Shown here: positions 59,361 to 64,000 of the stretch, in pieces
Numbering within the stretch: the stretch's first letter is position 1
Layout of the letters: every line of letters begins with the position of its first letter
DNA from: Deltaproteobacteria bacterium
GTDB lineage: Bacteria > Desulfobacterota > Dissulfuribacteria > Dissulfuribacterales > UBA3076
DNA length: 64,000 nt
Assembly (NCBI GenBank): GCA_018399745.1
Contig: JAGYNZ010000010.1
Location: forward strand, 5,416-69,415
Direction of reading: 5' to 3'
Notes under the pieces: model-generated
Told to the model about the DNA's origin: nothing
The model's database searches: none
What the model saw: only the letters and a program-made list of their open reading frames with translations
Made by a program: the position numbers and the translations under genes

Positions 59361-60220
59361 TTCTTACCCAAGAGTAGCTCCGCCAGGGCCCGGGGTATAT
59401 GGTCAATGATCTCAATTACCTGGGTAGCCGGTGTGGGCTTTGAGAAATGACCGGCCAGGCGGTTGGCCCGGGCCGAAAAGACAGCGGCTTTCTCTATTTC
59501 CCATTCTGCGCTGATAAGAGCGGCTGCTATACCCGTCACGATATCTCCAGTACCACCTATGGCCTCCAATGCCTCCTCTGCCGGTTTTTTGATTGTGGCT
59601 CGAATCCCTCCCTGATCAGCTACGTAGTCGTCTTTCCCTTTAACCAGGAGAAAGCGAGAGGCATTCTTATGACTGTATGCGCGAGCGATCATATCCGGCA
59701 CACGGTTTTCTTCGTGCAGAATAAAACCGCGGGTATAAAACGGGTGAGGCGCATCTTCATCCGCCAGAAAGGCCAATTCCCCGACATCGGGTGTGAAGAG
59801 GTCGTATTCCGAGGCCATGCCGCTCATCTTGGCTGCATACATGAAGCCGGCATCTGCAATGAGGACCGGCCTGCGCGTCATTTCTTTCACCACAAGCAAG
59901 ACCCGATTATGCCAATCCACATCCGGTTGAACATAGTGAAAGGCAATGGTGCTAAAATCATTTTCTTTGATATGCCTGGTAAGATATTCATAGAGCAGTC
60001 TGCTGCCATCTCCCAGACCGATATCCCCGATCAAATACCCAAATGGTTCAGGTCGGCCCAGGGTCTCTGCGGTCTTAATTGCTGCAGCCAGAAGGGCAGG
60101 GGTGCCCCGGTTTACCGGGACCTCATTGCCCTGAATGTATAAACGGTCTCCCTGCAATGTGGCCTTTCCCGCAACCAGGGGGAAGCCTTGATCAGGCACG
60201 GTTCCGACTACTGCGAGCAT
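59357..60220 (-). CDS. Ribokinase-fold enzyme (NnrD/ThiM-like carbohydrate kinase family)
   Basis: VLIADAG, LFTPDVGEL, LLVKG and GGTGD anion-hole motifs. Confidence 0.75.
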   Translation of the reverse strand: MLAVVGTVPDQGFPLVAGKATLQGDRLYIQGNEVPVNRGTPALLAAAIKTAETLGRPEPFGYLIGDIGLGDGSRLLYEYLTRHIKENDFSTIAFHYVQPDVDWHNRVLLVVKEMTRRPVLIADAGFMYAAKMSGMASEYDLFTPDVGELAFLADEDAPHPFYTRGFILHEENRVPDMIARAYSHKNASRFLLVKGKDDYVADQGGIRATIKKPAEEALEAIGGTGDIVTGIAAALISAEWEIEKAAVFSARANRLAGHFSKPTPATQVIEIIDHIPRALAELLLGKK

Positions 60221-60759
60221 CGGTGCTTCATCTCCTCAAATGCCAGCTGAAGTGCATAGCCACACAGGGTGTGGCCGATTTCGCGCGGCGCTGGTGCCTG
60301 ATTTAAAGTTTTGCCTACCAGCTCTTTTGCCAGGTATGGGACATCCGGGCAGCCGCCGCCCGAGACATTCACAATGGTCAGGGTTGCCTTTTCCACGGTG
60401 AGCTTCATGTTTGCCGCCCGCACCATAAGGTGTGCCCCATAGTCTTTGACCTGAAAGATGTCCACAGGTTTTAGCAATGGACTGGTTGACGGAACTGCTT
60501 CTAAGGGCGATATTTCCGCCTCTTGAAGGGTCCTCAGTATATTCAACTCTTCTATCAGGGAAAACTCAATGACCAGATCACAGCCGTGCTGAATCTCAGG
60601 GGGAGGCCCCATGACACGGATTTCCCATTTCTGACTCTTAAGAATGCGCTCAGCCCTTATCACCTCACTGGTATTTTCAAATATCAGAATACCACGGTCC
60701 AAATTTTGTTTTTTGGTCTTTAACGCCTTCTGCTTAAAAAAGGAGTTCAGAAGAGCCAC
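60208..60759 (-). CDS. DUF3343 domain protein with C-terminal extension
   Basis: F.NTSEVIRAE.IL...PP.I..GC.L DUF3343 pattern; C-terminal GGGCPD and HTLCG motifs. Confidence 0.75.
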   Translation of the reverse strand: MALLNSFFKQKALKTKKQNLDRGILIFENTSEVIRAERILKSQKWEIRVMGPPPEIQHGCDLVIEFSLIEELNILRTLQEAEISPLEAVPSTSPLLKPVDIFQVKDYGAHLMVRAANMKLTVEKATLTIVNVSGGGCPDVPYLAKELVGKTLNQAPAPREIGHTLCGYALQLAFEEMKHRCSQ

Positions 60760-60761
60760 GG

Positions 60762-60980
60762 CTATCCCTTTGCCATTGTAATTCTATACTCATCGTTTTC
60801 TGACTGAATATCCGTGGCAAGCCATCCCTGGCTTGCGGCGGCCCGGATAACATTTTCTCTGGCGGCTTCATTATCTACAAGGACTACGATCTCTCCATTG
60901 TCTGTCGCACTGATCCCGTCCAGGGTCATCATTACAGGCTGAGGACATGAAAATCCCCGCGCATCAATAGTCTTGGCCAT
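60762..60980 (-). CDS. TusA/SirA/YedF-family sulfur/selenium carrier
   Basis: IDARGFSCPQPV...VLVDNEAA.ENV motif. Confidence 0.9.
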   Translation of the reverse strand: MAKTIDARGFSCPQPVMMTLDGISATDNGEIVVLVDNEAARENVIRAAASQGWLATDIQSENDEYRITMAKG

Positions 60981-60992
60981 TTGTGTCTCTCC

Positions 60993-62084
60993 TTATGCAG
61001 CCTTTCTTCTCATGGTAAATCCGATAAATAAGCAGAACAAAAATCCTATAACCACCGCGGCAACACCATAAGGTCCGATTCCTTTTGGTGAGCTGGCCAG
61101 GCCGAAGTTGTGGGCTAAACCGGCACCCGTAATCATTCCCAGGCAGAATACTGCAGCATCCCCGTCCCCTTCGCCTGCCATAAAGAGCTGCCGTCCCGGA
61201 CATCCACCAGCCAGCGCGAAGGCCATGCCGGCTACCAACATGCCGGCAAAATTCCAGAAGGCCATTGTATGCGCCACCGGCTGATTTTCAAAACCAGGGT
61301 GAAACTGACCTGCAACAAAGTTGGTGATCCAAGCAGCAATCAATAGGGCCATGACCCCTAAAAAGAGATGGACCTGTCTGAACAGGATAAGGTCCCGAAA
61401 GGCCCCCATGGTGCAGAAACGGCTCCTTTGGGCCAGGAAACCTACGCCAAGTCCAATGGCCAGAGACACAATAAGCGGGGCATGCATAGCCCCTGGCCCC
61501 TTGATGCTGTAAAAGAGTATTCCGCTTCTATCCTGCCCGGGAACATATGGAAACAGCAGCAACAGTACAAGGAACCCCAGCATGGTTATAGGAAGGATCC
61601 ATCCTGCGGAGGTATACGTCTTATGAGAGCGTCCCAGATCATATCCGGACCTCATGAAAAAGGTGGCTATCCAGATACCGGTTATCAGACCGAGCAGCCC
61701 GAAAATGGCATTTCCGTCTCCACCGGCCAGACGCAAAATGGCCCGCCAGGGACATCCCAGGAAGACCAGTGCCCCTATCATGGCAAATACGCCCAGCATA
61801 TATCTCACTATGGGGGATGAGCCCCCCCGGGAACGGAATTCTTTGAACAAAAGAGATGAAATCAACGAACCCAGGACAAATCCGATAATTTCAGGTCTTA
61901 TATATTGCACTACCGCTGCCCGGTGCAATCCGAGTGCGCCTGCGATGTCCCTCTCAAAACAGGCTACGCAGATGCCCATGTTCCCAGGGTTACCCCATTT
62001 CTGAAGAAGAGCGGCGAAAATCCCGATTAAGATACCCACAGCTATTATTCCCCAGGGAGTTACAAAGTAATTTTTAGAAAACAT
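60993..62084 (-). CDS. yedE: YedE-family putative selenium transporter
   Basis: GNPGNMGICVACFERDIAGALGLH, YIRPEI.G, FLGCP.R, RSRFCT.G and GGCPGRQ motifs typical of the Se-associated YedE subfamily. Confidence 0.92.
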   Translation of the reverse strand: MFSKNYFVTPWGIIAVGILIGIFAALLQKWGNPGNMGICVACFERDIAGALGLHRAAVVQYIRPEIIGFVLGSLISSLLFKEFRSRGGSSPIVRYMLGVFAMIGALVFLGCPWRAILRLAGGDGNAIFGLLGLITGIWIATFFMRSGYDLGRSHKTYTSAGWILPITMLGFLVLLLLFPYVPGQDRSGILFYSIKGPGAMHAPLIVSLAIGLGVGFLAQRSRFCTMGAFRDLILFRQVHLFLGVMALLIAAWITNFVAGQFHPGFENQPVAHTMAFWNFAGMLVAGMAFALAGGCPGRQLFMAGEGDGDAAVFCLGMITGAGLAHNFGLASSPKGIGPYGVAAVVIGFLFCLFIGFTMRRKAA

Positions 62085-62200
62085 TATCCTGACTACCTCT
62101 CTTTTTCTGAAGATTGTTTACCCTAAAAGATTTTTCCTTGTGCACTGATTGAGGGGGTACGCATTCGAAAGGTCATGACTCCAAATAAAATTGAGAAGTG

Positions 62201-62274
62201 TTTTACATCAGGATAATCAATAAAACAAATAGAAATTATTAATGCTAAATAAAAAGATTATTGAATTTATCTAT
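62201..62274 (-). promoter_or_regulatory. Shared promoter/operator copy B (yedE operon), two LysR-type boxes
   Basis: 59/74 identical to 54003-54076; boxes ATAGAAATTATTAAT (62229-62243) and ATTGAATTTATCTAT (62260-62274). Confidence 0.75.
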
Positions 62275-62690
62275 GGAAGAAATCGATCGAAGAGTTGACG
62301 TATTAATCCATAAACCGTTTTTCGGTTTTTTTATGAAGGCGCACACATTTCCTGTGATTTTTCTTGGATTTTGACAAATTTAATTTTTGAGATCATACTG
62401 ATTTAAAGGATAGTTGTTTTCCGACCTTTGAATAAGGATTGCTGCTGCAAGGAAAATTAAAGTTTAAGATCGGGTAAAGGCATTTGGCACAACCGCCGCG
62501 ACAACGGAATGTCTGAACTGATCGGAAGACACACTGTGAAGATAAACAGAACTCTGGATATCGTTTAATCGGATGCATTGTGACATGCCTGAATAGATTA
62601 TTATATTGCTGTCAATTGTTTATACTTCTTTTTGCCAACGCATATATTGATTGTGCACACAGCGAGACCAACTGCGATATGGAGGAGACT

Positions 62691-63161
62691 ATGATCCTTA
62701 CTTCTACAGCATTTGAACATAATGGGGAAATCCCGAGTTTATACACATGCGATGGGCAGGATATTTCACCGCCGCTTGCCTGGAAAGGCTGGCCTGCAAA
62801 GACAAAGAGCCTGGTTTTGATAGTGTATGATCCAGACGCACCGGATCCAAGGGCACCGAAGATGACATGGGTACACTGGATACTTTATAACATACCTCCT
62901 CATGAAAGCAGTATTCAACAGGCCGTTAAGTCTACTGACCTTCCTTCGGGTACTTTGGAAGGCCTCAATGATTGGAATCGTGAGGGATATGGGGGCCCGT
63001 GCCCTCCGATTGGCAGGCACCGATACTTCCATAAACTTTATGCCCTAGATGAGGTACTCCCTGAAATGGGAACTCCGACAAAGGCTGAAATAGAAAAAGC
63101 CATGACAGGGCACATAATTACTACAGGCGAGCTCGTGGGGACCTACGAGCGAACTCGGTAG
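62691..63161 (+). CDS. YbhB/YbcL (PEBP) family protein; a longer start at 62580 is possible
   Basis: L.S.AF..NG.IP..YTCDG.DISPPL.W, DPDAP, WVHW and GYGGPCPP.GRHRYF motifs; GGAGG RBS before 62691. Confidence 0.9.
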   Translation: MILTSTAFEHNGEIPSLYTCDGQDISPPLAWKGWPAKTKSLVLIVYDPDAPDPRAPKMTWVHWILYNIPPHESSIQQAVKSTDLPSGTLEGLNDWNREGYGGPCPPIGRHRYFHKLYALDEVLPEMGTPTKAEIEKAMTGHIITTGELVGTYERTR

Positions 63162-63276
63162 GCACTAGATCCACGGGAAAGGGACTAGAGAGTCTCTGAC
63201 TATCATCATCTGGAGATCATTCTATTAAGATTCCATGCTGGATCATGATTAAGAGGCTTTAAGAAATCTCCTTAAT

Positions 63277-64000
63277 ATGGGTATTCCCAGTCTCAGATCA
63301 TTGATCCTTTCCCTGGCCTCCAAAAGGCTGGCAGTCATGTTGCCACTGGGGTTTGCCTCGGGGCTTCCCCTGGCCTTGACCAGCGGTACATTACAGGCCT
63401 GGCTCACTGTCGATGGAGTGGACATTCGCACTATCGGCCTTTTCAGCCTTGTGGGTATTCCGTACACGTTGAAATTTTTCTGGTCACCCGTGATGGATCG
63501 CTTTCATCCACCCTGGATGGGAAGACGAAGGGGATGGATACTTATCACACAAGGGATCCTGGTGTCAGGGATCATTGCCATGGCCTTTACGGCGCCTGCT
63601 GGCGCCCCTTTCCTTATGGCCTGTCTAGCCATTATGGTGGTCTTTAGTTCTGCATCCCAAGATATCGTAATTGATGCCTATCGTACTGAGTTGCTGGAGG
63701 AGAGAGAGCGAGGACTGGGAGTCGGGCTCTCGGTTACCGGTTACAGAATTGCCATGCTGGTGTCCGGGGCCTTGGCCCTCATACTGTCAGATCGCATAGG
63801 CTGGCAAAACACCTATATTTTAATGGCGGGCATCATGTCATTAGGAATTTTTGCGACCGTTGTTGGCCCGGAGCCAGGTCTTTCACTTTCACCTCCGGGT
63901 AGTATGGCTGAGGCGATTTCAGGCCCTGTAAAGGAATTTTTCTCAAGGCCGACAGCATTTTCCATATTAGCGGTCATTATACTTTACAAGCTTGGAGATG
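63277..64000 (+). CDS. ampG: AmpG-family muropeptide MFS transporter, runs off the right edge
   Basis: Not in the ORF track. Manual translation gives LGFASGLPLAL..GTLQAWL, YTLKFFWSP.MDRF, GRRRGW, SASQDIVIDAYR, GYRIAM and LYKLGD. Confidence 0.92.
   Translation, partial: MGIPSLRSLILSLASKRLAVMLPLGFASGLPLALTSGTLQAWLTVDGVDIRTIGLFSLVGIPYTLKFFWSPVMDRFHPPWMGRRRGWILITQGILVSGIIAMAFTAPAGAPFLMACLAIMVVFSSASQDIVIDAYRTELLEERERGLGVGLSVTGYRIAMLVSGALALILSDRIGWQNTYILMAGIMSLGIFATVVGPEPGLSLSPPGSMAEAISGPVKEFFSRPTAFSILAVIILYKLGD

Noticed and set aside
62484-62501. TTGGCACAACCGCCGCG as a sigma-54 promoter for the YbhB gene
   Set aside because: Spacing fits, but the -12 element lacks TT(GC) and no enhancer site is evident; too weak to call.
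1-64000. CRISPR arrays, tRNA (including tRNA-Sec), rRNA, transposases/integrases
   Set aside because: None recognised; the short repeat arrays have 7-9-nt units with no unique spacers, so they are not CRISPR.

Overview
Chromosomal window from an anaerobic, selenocysteine-using Desulfobacterota (deltaproteobacterial sulfur/sulfate-cycling type; taxonomy inferred from gene content). The supplied ORF track splits eight genes at in-frame TGA codons. Each TGA sits at a Cys-equivalent position and is followed by a SECIS-like hairpin whose loop G lies +21 to +24 nt downstream. The eight selenoproteins are HdrD-like, two HdrA, two MvhD (one fused to a winged-HTH), a DsrE-family UxxC protein, a pentaheme ExtKL-like cytochrome and SelD. 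The window also holds a Hdr-Flx operon, a futalosine menaquinone operon, nadA/lolA, manCB, an orphan fliA/fliL-like pair behind a sigma-54 promoter, pilSR-like genes, pyrBC, queF/queH and ampG. The best candidate for an undescribed system is a ~10 kb selD-centred island: porin, nucleotidyltransferase, iPGM-like, PHP, selD, DUF2284, DUF1858-like, ribokinase-fold enzyme, DUF3343, TusA/YedF and YedE. Its two transport genes share a 74-nt, 80%-identical promoter with LysR-type boxes. Also notable are an unannotated pyrL-like leader peptide and terminator attenuator in front of pyrB, inverted 7-9-mer repeat arrays at operon junctions (one enclosing a broken four-helix-bundle gene), a nitrilase-HldC fusion and a GalT-like hypothetical protein. 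No rRNA, tRNA, CRISPR array or transposase was seen.
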